From assembly GCA_963813535.1 (NCBI GenBank), contig CAWEZH010000003.1, positions 576,001 through 640,000 of the forward strand: a stretch of DNA of 64,000 nucleotides, read 5' to 3'. Source of the stretch: an uncultured Chloroflexia bacterium. GTDB lineage: Bacteria; Chloroflexota; Limnocylindria; Limnocylindrales; CSP1-4. The position numbers and the translations under genes were made by a program. The notes under the pieces are model-generated. The model was not told where the DNA came from, searched no databases, and was given only the letters and a program-made list of their open reading frames with translations. This document shows, one piece after another, positions 48,061-56,163 of the stretch. Position 1 is the first letter of the stretch, and the number at the start of each line of letters is the position of its first letter.

Positions 48061-49127
48061 CCACCCGGCGGACCGTGCTGATCGCACCCGATTCGTTCAA
48101 GGGGTCGCTGACGTCGGTCGAGGTCGCGCGCGCCCTGGCCGACGGCTGGTCGCGTGCCCGCCCGGACGATGCGGTGGTGATCTGTCCGCTGGCCGATGGC
48201 GGTGAAGGCACGCTCGCCGCGATCGAGGCGGCCGGCGGCTGGACGTCCCGTCGCGCGACCGTGCACGACCCGCTGCGGCGGCCGATCGAGGCCCGCTGGC
48301 TGCTGTCGGCCGATGGGTCGCGTGCGGTGGTCGAGATGGCCGAGGCATCGGGCTTGTCGCGCCTCGCGGCGGACGAGCTCGACCCGATCGGCGCGACGTC
48401 GGTCGGGACGGGAGAACTCGTCGCCGTCGCGATCGACGCCGGCGCCCGGCACATCACGCTCGGCATCGGCGGCAGCGCGACGACCGACGGCGGGCGTGGA
48501 CTGCTCGAGGGCCTCGGTGATGGGACGCGACTCGACACCGTCGACGTCGAGGTCGCCTGTGACGTCTCGAACCCCCTCCTCGGGCCGACCGGCGCCGCGG
48601 CCACCTACGGACCGCAGAAGGGCGCCTCGCCGGACGATATCGTGGCGCTCGATGCACGGAACGCCGCATGGGCCGACGAGCTCGAGGCATCGGAGGGTCG
48701 CCGGGAACGCGACACCCCGGGGGCCGGCGCAGCCGGGGGCGTGGGGTTCGGATTACTGGCCGCGCAGGGTCGCTTCCGATCGTTCGCGCTGCGGCCGGGG
48801 ATCGACCTCGTGATGGAGGCGACAGATTTCCCGGCGCGTCTTGCGCGCGCCGCACTCGTGATCACTGGCGAGGGCCGGATCGACGCGCAGACGGGCTTCG
48901 GCAAGACGGCACTCGGCGTCGCGAAGCGGGCCGCGACGGCCGGCGTGCCATGCATCGCGGTCGGGGGCGGCGTCGAACCTGATGGGATCGCCGCGCTTTC
49001 GGGCGTCGGGGCCGTGGCGGTCCCGGTGATCGAGCGGCCGATGTCCATCGAGGAAGCGATGGCCGCCGGCACGGCGCCGCTCGAACGGACCGGCGAACGG
49101 ATCGCCCGGCTCGTGTCGACATGGTGA
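48057..49127 (+). CDS. glxK: Glycerate kinase (GlxK/GarK family)
   Basis: IAPDSFKGSL, ADGGEGT, EMAEASGL, GIGGSATTDGG, YGPQKGA, GAGAAGG, TGEGRID.QT..GK. Confidence 0.93.
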   Translation: MTTRRTVLIAPDSFKGSLTSVEVARALADGWSRARPDDAVVICPLADGGEGTLAAIEAAGGWTSRRATVHDPLRRPIEARWLLSADGSRAVVEMAEASGLSRLAADELDPIGATSVGTGELVAVAIDAGARHITLGIGGSATTDGGRGLLEGLGDGTRLDTVDVEVACDVSNPLLGPTGAAATYGPQKGASPDDIVALDARNAAWADELEASEGRRERDTPGAGAAGGVGFGLLAAQGRFRSFALRPGIDLVMEATDFPARLARAALVITGEGRIDAQTGFGKTALGVAKRAATAGVPCIAVGGGVEPDGIAALSGVGAVAVPVIERPMSIEEAMAAGTAPLERTGERIARLVSTW

Positions 49128-49957
49128 CGCCGGGCGCCGCACCGCGGCCGAAGAAGCGCCGCCCGAAGAAGCGCAAATTCACGAACCCCGGTGCGAGCTA
49201 CGCGAAGCGCCTCGAGCGGTACCGCCCAGGGCTCGCCCGATTCACGCTCGTCGAGCTGGCCGGGCTGTACGGACGTCCGGTCTGGGAGCGCCGCCTGGAC
49301 CCGACCAGCGAGCTGATCCTCACGATCCTCACCCAGAACACCGCCGACGTGAATGCCGAGGTCGCGTTCGAGGCGCTCCGCCACACGTACCCCAGCGGCC
49401 TGCCGGCAGTGGCGCACAACCCGGGTGCCGGCTGGGGCGGGGTCGGGCTTCCCGATGGAGCGCCGCCCGATTGGAGCGCCGTCGAGGTCGCGCCGCTCCC
49501 GGAGCTGACCGACGTGATCCGGCCGGGTGGCCTGGCCAACCAGAAGGCGCCACGTATCCAGGCGGCCCTGCGCAAGATCCGCGAAGAGCGCGGCGATCAC
49601 TCCCTCGAGTTCCTGGGCGACATGCAGGCGATCGAGGCGCGCGACTGGCTGACCCAGATCGATGGCATCGGCAAGAAGACCGCCTCGATCGTCCTGTTGT
49701 TCTGCTTCGGCCAGCCGCTCTTCCCGATCGACCGCCACATCGAGCGGATCCTGCTCCGCGTCGGCCTGATGCCACCCAAGGCGACGCTCGAGGAGGCCCA
49801 CGAGCTGTTCCTCGGCGTCTTCCAGCCGGACGAGATGTACGAGGCCCATGTGAACCTCATCCAGCACGGCCGCAAGGTGTGCCACGCCCAGCGACCGGAC
49901 CACGACGCGTGCCCCCTCCGCGTGCGGTGCCGGTTCTACGACCCCAAGGCGCCCTAG
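49121..49957 (+). CDS. Endonuclease III-like HhH-GPD DNA glycosylase
   Basis: LILTILTQNT.D, GGLANQKA.RI, GIGKKTA, FPIDRH, Fe-S motif variant C-x6-H-x2-C-x5-C. Confidence 0.88.
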   Translation: MVTPGAAPRPKKRRPKKRKFTNPGASYAKRLERYRPGLARFTLVELAGLYGRPVWERRLDPTSELILTILTQNTADVNAEVAFEALRHTYPSGLPAVAHNPGAGWGGVGLPDGAPPDWSAVEVAPLPELTDVIRPGGLANQKAPRIQAALRKIREERGDHSLEFLGDMQAIEARDWLTQIDGIGKKTASIVLLFCFGQPLFPIDRHIERILLRVGLMPPKATLEEAHELFLGVFQPDEMYEAHVNLIQHGRKVCHAQRPDHDACPLRVRCRFYDPKAP

Positions 49958-49996
49958 CGCGGCCTGCCTCTCTCGCACGAACCTATACTCGCCGCG

Positions 49997-50746
49997 ATGC
50001 TCGGTGGCGGCCGCGTGTACCGGATCCTGTTGGTCGACGACGATCACAACATGCTCGCGCTGCTCGCCGACCAGTTGCGGGCGGATGGCTTCGAGGTCAT
50101 GACGGCACGCGACGGCGAGGAGGCGCTTCGTCGACTGCGGGCGAGCTGGCCTGACCTCCTGGTCATCGACATGATGATGCCGCGGCTCGACGGCCTGTCC
50201 CTCGCACGGGAGATCAAGGCCCAGGCCGACCTGCCGATCATCGTCCTGTCGGCCATCGACGCGGGTGACTCGAAGGCGGACCTCCTCGAAGAGGTCGCCG
50301 AGGACTACGTCACCAAGCCGTACCACTACCCGGAGCTGCGCGCACGGATCAACCGCGTCCTGCGGCGTCTCGGCGATTCCGTCCCGCGCAGGAGCCTGGT
50401 CCTCGGTCCGGATCTGACCCTCGACCTCCATCGGCGCGAGGCGACGGTCGGCGGCCAGACGGTCCAGCTGACGCCGACCGAATCGCGGCTTCTGTACGCC
50501 CTCGCGGCGAAGATCGGTCAGACGGTCCCCACCGAGACGCTCCTGGCCCGTGGCTGGGCCGAGACCGAGGACGCCGACCCGTCGTACGTCTGGGTCACGA
50601 TGCGACGGCTGCGCCAGAAGGTGGAGATCGACCCCAATCGGCCCGTCCACCTGCAGACCGTGCGTGGCGTCGGCTATCGCCTGGTGGGTGCGACGACCAA
50701 CGTGCAGGCCGGGGCGGGTGGGACCGAGGACATCGGGCCCTCCTGA
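49997..50746 (+). CDS. OmpR/PhoB-family response regulator
   Basis: LLVDDD, IDMMMP, DYVTKP, LTPTESRLL, RRLRQK...TVRGVGY. Confidence 0.95.
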   Translation: MLGGGRVYRILLVDDDHNMLALLADQLRADGFEVMTARDGEEALRRLRASWPDLLVIDMMMPRLDGLSLAREIKAQADLPIIVLSAIDAGDSKADLLEEVAEDYVTKPYHYPELRARINRVLRRLGDSVPRRSLVLGPDLTLDLHRREATVGGQTVQLTPTESRLLYALAAKIGQTVPTETLLARGWAETEDADPSYVWVTMRRLRQKVEIDPNRPVHLQTVRGVGYRLVGATTNVQAGAGGTEDIGPS

Positions 50747-52224
50747 TGATCGACGAACGAACGGAGCGCTCGACGACCTCCGCCGACGGTGCGGCCGTGG
50801 ATGACGAGGAGGATGCCTCGGCCAGCGGGCGCCTGAGCTTCAGGATGCGGCTGGTCCTGGCCCTGCTCCTGACGTCGATCATGCCGCTGGCGGTGTTCGG
50901 GGTGATCGTGCTGTTCGCCGAGTTGATCCTCGGCCGCCAGGGCGCCGATGCCGCGATGGGTCAGGTGGTGCTCTTCGCGTTCGCCGTGCTGCTGGCGGTG
51001 GCGATCTTCACCTCCTTCGGCCTGGCGAACGAGCTGACGGCCCCGCTGCGCCATGTCGCAGCCGCGGTCGATCGTGTCTCGAAGGGTGACCTCGGGAACC
51101 CGATCCGCGTCGCCGGCGACGACGAGCTGGCTCGTCTGGCCGACAGCCACAACCGGCTGGCCGCCGACCTCGAGCGGCGGAATCGCGAGCTCGGACGCAT
51201 CCTCGAGTCGATCGACGAGGTGTCGCCGCGCGACGATGTCGATGCGATCGTCGAACGCGTCGGGCCTGATGCGATCGCCGCCTTCGAGCTGATCGACGCG
51301 GTGGTGATCATGGGCGATCCGGGCACGATCGGACTCGAGGACGTCGTCCCCGGGGTGTCGCGACCGCTCCGTGCCGTCATGCGCGCGGGAGGCGCCGATA
51401 TCGGCGTGCTCATCGGGCGACTGTCCGCGACACGCCGCTGGGAGCCCGCCGACCAGGACCTCTTCGAGCTGTTCGCGAGCGCGATGGCGGCCGCCATCCG
51501 CAACGCCCAGTTGTTCGCGACCGTCGAGAGCCAGAACCGCCAGCTGCTCGAGCTCGACGCGGCCAAGGACGAATTCTTGCGCGGTGTGAGCCACAACCTC
51601 CAGACGCCCCTGACGAGCATCCGCGCCTATGCCGAGCAACTGGACCAATCGGCACCCGATCGTCGGCTGGGGATCATCGCCGAGCAATCGGAACGGCTGT
51701 CCCGGATGGTCCGCCAGCTGCTCACGGTGACCCGCCTCGAGTCGGGCGCGCTCCGGCCGCGCAGCGAGGTCGTGTCACTCGCCACCCGGGTGCGGAAGGC
51801 GTGGGAGGGGCTTGGCGCCGACGCGGTCGCGTTCGAGGTCGACGATGACGCGCGGGGCTGGCTGGCCGTCGCCGACCCCGACCAACTCGACCAGGTCCTC
51901 TGGGCGCTTCTCGACAACGCGATCAAGTACGGTGACGGCGCCCCCGTCACCGCCGTGGTCGTCGTGGACGACGAGGACCAGCAGATCCACCTCACGATCG
52001 CGGACCGCGGGCCCGGCGTGGACGAGGCGGATCGCGACCGACTGTTCACGCGGTTCCAGCGGGGATCGTCGAGCGTGAGCGACGGTGGGAGCGGGCTCGG
52101 CCTGTACGTCTCGCGCGAACTGTGCCGCGCGATGGGGGGCGATCTCATCCTGGCCCCACCATCGAACGGCGGGGGCGCCGCGTTCACGGTCAAGCTCCCG
52201 GGGGAGGCGGGCGAGGAAGCCTAG
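50746..52224 (+). CDS. Membrane sensor histidine kinase (2 TM, HAMP, GAF-like, HisKA, HATPase)
   Basis: HAMP DELARLA; H-box SHNLQTPL; LLDNAIKY, DRGPG, LF.RF, GSGLGL. Confidence 0.92.
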   Translation: MIDERTERSTTSADGAAVDDEEDASASGRLSFRMRLVLALLLTSIMPLAVFGVIVLFAELILGRQGADAAMGQVVLFAFAVLLAVAIFTSFGLANELTAPLRHVAAAVDRVSKGDLGNPIRVAGDDELARLADSHNRLAADLERRNRELGRILESIDEVSPRDDVDAIVERVGPDAIAAFELIDAVVIMGDPGTIGLEDVVPGVSRPLRAVMRAGGADIGVLIGRLSATRRWEPADQDLFELFASAMAAAIRNAQLFATVESQNRQLLELDAAKDEFLRGVSHNLQTPLTSIRAYAEQLDQSAPDRRLGIIAEQSERLSRMVRQLLTVTRLESGALRPRSEVVSLATRVRKAWEGLGADAVAFEVDDDARGWLAVADPDQLDQVLWALLDNAIKYGDGAPVTAVVVVDDEDQQIHLTIADRGPGVDEADRDRLFTRFQRGSSSVSDGGSGLGLYVSRELCRAMGGDLILAPPSNGGGAAFTVKLPGEAGEEA

Positions 52225-52251
52225 GAGATCCGCGTTCGGACCGGGAATCGT

Positions 52252-52278
52252 GACGCCGACCCTTTCGGGGCCGGCGTC
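52252..52278. terminator. Hairpin between convergent genes
   Basis: gacgccgaccc-tttc-ggggccggcgtc imperfect stem. Confidence 0.4.
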
Positions 52279-52309
52279 GTCGCGTGCGCGTGCGGTCGGA
52301 AGCGTCGGG

Positions 52310-52531
52310 TCAGGCGGCCTTGGCCTTGACGGCAGGCACGCTGCCCGAGGCGTCGACTGCCGCCTTCGCCTTCCAGATGATGTGCCGGGGATCGCCGGCG
52401 ACCAGCGCCGCGGCCACCGCTCCGATGAGCGGGCCGAGCAATGGGCTGACGTGAACGAACTCGGCGATGATGGCGCCCGCGTACCAGCCGGCATAGAACC
52501 AGAGGAACGCAGCGAGGATGCGCTTCTTCAT
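52310..52531 (-). CDS. Small 2-TM membrane protein (73 aa)
   Basis: MKKRILAAFLWFYAGWYAG...PLIGAVAAALVAGDPRHIIW; CACGCT 7 nt upstream. Confidence 0.7.
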   Translation of the reverse strand: MKKRILAAFLWFYAGWYAGAIIAEFVHVSPLLGPLIGAVAAALVAGDPRHIIWKAKAAVDASGSVPAVKAKAA

Positions 52532-52694
52532 GTCCGAGAGCGTGCGCCCTCGGCCCGCGGTCGAACAGTCACACAGAGGTACCACTCACCGAGCTGCCAC
52601 AGGAACCGGTGGTGTCGTCGATGCGCACCACAAGACAGGTGGACTGCAAGCTACGCGTGGGACTATCGGCTTAGTACCTCGTATCTTGAGACCG

Positions 52695-54266
52695 ATGTCC
52701 CTCTCTCTTTTGTCCCGCGTTAGCCGCCGATGGGCCAGCCGTAGCCGAGCTGGCCGCGTACGCCGCCGTTCCCGAGGCCAGAGCATGGTCGAGTTCGCTC
52801 TGGTGGCTCCGATCCTGCTGCTGGCGTTTGCGGCCGCTGCCGATCTCGGCCGCGGCTTCTATGCCTACGTCGCCATCGAGAACGCGGCGAAGGAAGGGGC
52901 GTTCTTCGGGTCTCGTCAGCCGCTCTGCGATGACGCCTCAGCCCCAGGCTGCTCGGATCCGAACAACGTCAGATGGCGCGTTCGGAACGAACTGTACGAG
53001 CAGGGCATCCGGGACGCATCCGGCAACGAGCTCGTGCCGACGATCGAGTGTCTCGGGCCGGGCGGTGCGCCGCGAGTCCCTCTGAAGACCTGCACGGAGG
53101 GTGACACCTACTCCGTGTCGCTCGTCTACGAGTACCGGCCACTCACCCCGGTGATCGGCAGCATCGTCGGAAATCTCAACCTCACGTCGACGTCGCAGGC
53201 GGTCGTCCTCAACCTGGCCTTCGACCCGACGCCAGGCGCCAGCATCCAGAAGTTCGTGTCACCGATCGGTGCGACGAACGGCGGCGAGGTCATCGGCAGG
53301 TGTCTGGAACCGGACGATCAGGATGCAAATGGATTCTACCGATCCCCCTGCCTCGATTCGTCGACGTCCGACCCGAGCGACAGGGTCCAGCTCCGATTCG
53401 AGCAAGGAACGACGATCGCCTACCGGCTACGGGTCGGCAACAGCGGGGGGCAGACGCTGACCAGCGCGACCGTGAGTGACTCCAAGGGTTCCACCGGGTG
53501 CAGCTTCCCGTCGTCGATGCCGGTCGGGTACGTCCAGATCTGCAACTACACCCGTGTCGCCCCGAACGTCACCGGTTCGGGGGTCAGCCAGGATTACATC
53601 AACGTCGGCACGATCGATTCGGCGCAGACGCTGCCCACCACCTCTGACGTCACCGTGACGATCGAGAAGCCTCCCGCCCGGCTCCAGGTCGGAAAGTGGG
53701 TCAGCCCGTTCGCCCTCGGCGGGGACGAGGGTGACGGCGACCCGAATTTCGGTTTCGACGATGACATCACCGTGACCCATACGACGCAGGTCGCCACCCC
53801 GTCGGCGTGGTTCAAGATCATCGTCGTCAACACGGGCGGCCAGACTGCGACCGGTTTGCAGATCACCGACTCACGGGGGCCGCTGCCGACCAACTCGAAC
53901 TGTCCGGCGCTGTCGACTCTCGCGGCGGGCGCGGTGTACACATGTCGGTACCAAGCGACATTCACCTCGTCCTCGCCGGCGACGAACAGCAATACGGCGA
54001 GCGCCACTGGCACGAACGTGACCCCTGACGGTGATGACAGCCATACGGCCGTGGTGCGCGTGTCTGCCTGTACGGGAACGAATGACCGGACGGTCCCCAA
54101 CCTCATCGGGCTGTCCAAGTCGGCGGCGACGGCGGCGTGGACATCGGCGGGCTTCACCACGACCCTGTCGACATGGAACGGTGGCACGGGATCGTCGGTC
54201 GCCACGCAGACCCGCCCGGCCTTCGGCTGTATCCCGCGGACGTCGACGATGGTAGTCGACCGATGA
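52695..54266 (+). CDS. TadE-like pseudopilin with extended C-terminus (two DUF11/Ig-like repeats, PASTA-like end)
   Basis: RG|QSMVEFALV prepilin motif, AAKEGA; YRLRVGNSGG and FKIIVVNTGG repeats; TVPNLIGLS. Confidence 0.8.
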   Translation: MSLSLLSRVSRRWASRSRAGRVRRRSRGQSMVEFALVAPILLLAFAAAADLGRGFYAYVAIENAAKEGAFFGSRQPLCDDASAPGCSDPNNVRWRVRNELYEQGIRDASGNELVPTIECLGPGGAPRVPLKTCTEGDTYSVSLVYEYRPLTPVIGSIVGNLNLTSTSQAVVLNLAFDPTPGASIQKFVSPIGATNGGEVIGRCLEPDDQDANGFYRSPCLDSSTSDPSDRVQLRFEQGTTIAYRLRVGNSGGQTLTSATVSDSKGSTGCSFPSSMPVGYVQICNYTRVAPNVTGSGVSQDYINVGTIDSAQTLPTTSDVTVTIEKPPARLQVGKWVSPFALGGDEGDGDPNFGFDDDITVTHTTQVATPSAWFKIIVVNTGGQTATGLQITDSRGPLPTNSNCPALSTLAAGAVYTCRYQATFTSSSPATNSNTASATGTNVTPDGDDSHTAVVRVSACTGTNDRTVPNLIGLSKSAATAAWTSAGFTTTLSTWNGGTGSSVATQTRPAFGCIPRTSTMVVDR

Positions 54267-54712
54267 ACCGCCGCCAGCGCGGCCGCGGCCAGGCGCTCGC
54301 CGAGTTCGCCCTCGTCGTGCCGATCTTCCTGGTGTTCGTGTTCGCGATCATCGATTTCGGCCGGTACGTCTACACGGCCAATACCCTCAGCAACAGCGCG
54401 CGTGAGGCGGCCCGCATCGGATCCGTCGGCGCTCGGCCGACCGAGTGCAACGGGCTGTCCCGCCAGGCCTGTGTCGAGCGGATCGCCCGGGATCGATCGT
54501 GGGGCCTACCGGGACCGGTCACGACGACCGTCATATGCGAGCGCGTGTCCCTCGCCGGAGGGATCAGCGTCGTGGCCACCGCGACCTGTCGATCGGGAGA
54601 TCTGCTGCGGGTCCGCACGCAGATGCCGTTCTCTGTACTCACGCCCGTGGCCGGGCAGATCCTCGGCGGCGTCAGCGTCGCCGGCGAGACACGTGTGACC
54701 GTCAACCAATGA
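54263..54712 (+). CDS. TadE-family pseudopilin
   Basis: RG|QALAEFALVVP...IIDFGR...SAREAAR. Confidence 0.88.
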   Translation: MNRRQRGRGQALAEFALVVPIFLVFVFAIIDFGRYVYTANTLSNSAREAARIGSVGARPTECNGLSRQACVERIARDRSWGLPGPVTTTVICERVSLAGGISVVATATCRSGDLLRVRTQMPFSVLTPVAGQILGGVSVAGETRVTVNQ

Positions 54713-55824
54713 GGAGAACCAACGTGGCCCGCAACGCCGCTCCAAGGTCCGCACGGGGACAGATCCTCGTCATCGTCGCGGGAGGACTCATCGGGCTTCT
54801 CGCTTTCGCTGGACTCGCACTCGAGGGCGGCACGCTCGTGCTCAACCGGCGCGACGGCCAGAACTCGTCCGACCTCGCCGCCGTGGCTGGCGCCCGGATG
54901 GTCGCGCTGAACTACACGGAAGCCGGCGGCAAGACGCAGGCCGACGTCTTCGATGCGCTCACATCGAGCATGGACGCCAACGGCTGTGTCGCCCCTGCGC
55001 CGTGCACCTGGACGGCGAACTTCGTTGGGAGTGGCTTGTCGAACCTCAGCTCTGTCAGCAACAGCGGAGCAGCGATCCCCGGGGGTTCGCTGGGTGTCCG
55101 CGTGCAGGTCACCCGAACCCCGGGCGCGATGCTCGGTCGGATGCTCGGCTTCACCACGTGGACCGTGTCCACCGAAGGGACCGCGATCAGCACGAAGGTG
55201 TCGAGCGCCGCTTCGGGGATCGTGCTGCCGATCGCGATGTGTGGCTGGACGAACCCGACATCGAACGACTGCATCCAGGCGACGACGTCCAATGGCCTCG
55301 ATTTCCAGACCGGGCAGGTCTATGACCTCACCGATGGGAAGGATGCCCCGGGGGGCTTCGGCTGGCTGTCGTGGAACGGCAGCAACAGCGCAGGCGCCCT
55401 GTCCGACAGCGTCTGCACTCCCAACAACCCGGGGTTCAGCATCGACAGTCCGTACGACAGCCCGGGTTCGCCAGGCACGATGGGGACCAGCCCATCGAGC
55501 GGCGAGACCTGGTTCCCCGTTGACCCTGGCAAGTCCAACAAGAGCAGCGTGAGATCGTGTCTTGATGGCTGGATCGCCCGGGGGACGACCGTCCTCGTTC
55601 CGATCTACGACATCATCGAAACGACAGGCGGCGGAGGTGGGAACAACCTGTGGTACCACATCACCGGTGTGGCGGCCTTCGTGTTGTCGTCTCGCGACCA
55701 GCCAGCGGTCGACAACATCCAGGGCTATTTCGTCGAGTATGTCCCGTTCTCGGGCGACCCGACCGGCGGAACGCTGCCGCCAGATGAGAGTGACACCACG
55801 GTCTTCATCGGGCTCGTGAAGTAG
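54709..55824 (+). CDS. TadG-like pilus-assembly protein; start may be GTG 54724
   Basis: RGQILVIVA...LALEGG...QNSSDLAAVAGA; PGGFGWL, VPIYD, YHITG.AAF. Confidence 0.8.
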   Translation: MRRTNVARNAAPRSARGQILVIVAGGLIGLLAFAGLALEGGTLVLNRRDGQNSSDLAAVAGARMVALNYTEAGGKTQADVFDALTSSMDANGCVAPAPCTWTANFVGSGLSNLSSVSNSGAAIPGGSLGVRVQVTRTPGAMLGRMLGFTTWTVSTEGTAISTKVSSAASGIVLPIAMCGWTNPTSNDCIQATTSNGLDFQTGQVYDLTDGKDAPGGFGWLSWNGSNSAGALSDSVCTPNNPGFSIDSPYDSPGSPGTMGTSPSSGETWFPVDPGKSNKSSVRSCLDGWIARGTTVLVPIYDIIETTGGGGGNNLWYHITGVAAFVLSSRDQPAVDNIQGYFVEYVPFSGDPTGGTLPPDESDTTVFIGLVK

Positions 55825-55879
55825 CGGCGCCACCGGTGCGGCCGGGCACCACTCCCCGCGCCGCTGTAAGGATGGACGC

Positions 55880-56130
55880 AAGGTCGGCGCCGGAAGATAC
55901 GGCCCTGACGCACTCTTCCGATCTCAGACGGGGGTGAGTCGAGCGCCAGGTGGCGACAGGCACCTGGCGCTCGACGTGTCCGGTCATCGGAGTCCCGAAG
56001 CATGTCCGCCGGCACACGTGGTTCTGCAATGGCGATTGCAAGGTTGGTCCATCAGAATCGGTCGCAGTGAGCCGCCGTATGGCGGAGGACTCATGTGGGA
56101 AGCCGTGTCGGGGGACGCGGCTTTTCCATT
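55880..56130 (+). ncRNA. Candidate structured non-coding RNA, about 250 nt, family unassigned; ends approximate
   Basis: Lies between convergent genes; several stems including a perfect 15-bp hairpin 55938-55975; G-U pairs favour + strand; ends in a terminator-like hairpin. Confidence 0.6.
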
Positions 56131-56131
56131 T
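56100..56131 (+). terminator. Intrinsic terminator-like hairpin
   Basis: aagccgtgtc-gggg-gacgcggctt followed by ttccattt. Confidence 0.55.
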
Positions 56132-56163
56132 CCGGCCCGCAGTGGTCCGCCGGGCGCGACGCC

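Noticed and set aside
43287-49957. DNA glycosylation/modification system (ligase-like, glycosyltransferases, glycosylase)
   Set aside because: The glycosyltransferase motifs and glycerate kinase fit compatible-solute synthesis far better, and the ligase-like gene has a separate promoter
52532-52694. Riboswitch leader upstream of the tad genes
   Set aside because: TATCTT 7 nt before the ATG implies a leaderless mRNA, and no c-di-GMP aptamer consensus is present
55871-56053. tmRNA, RNase P, SRP, SAM or c-di-GMP riboswitch
   Set aside because: Diagnostic sequences (GAGGAAAGTCC, SRP helix 8, tRNA-like ends, GGCAACC, GGCAAAC) are not seen and there is no downstream gene to regulate
55835-56100. 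Group II intron remnant (GTGCG at the 5' side, gagccgccgtatg resembling domain V)
   Set aside because: The 3' half of domain V and domain VI are absent, the intron-like motifs are out of order, and no reverse transcriptase is nearby
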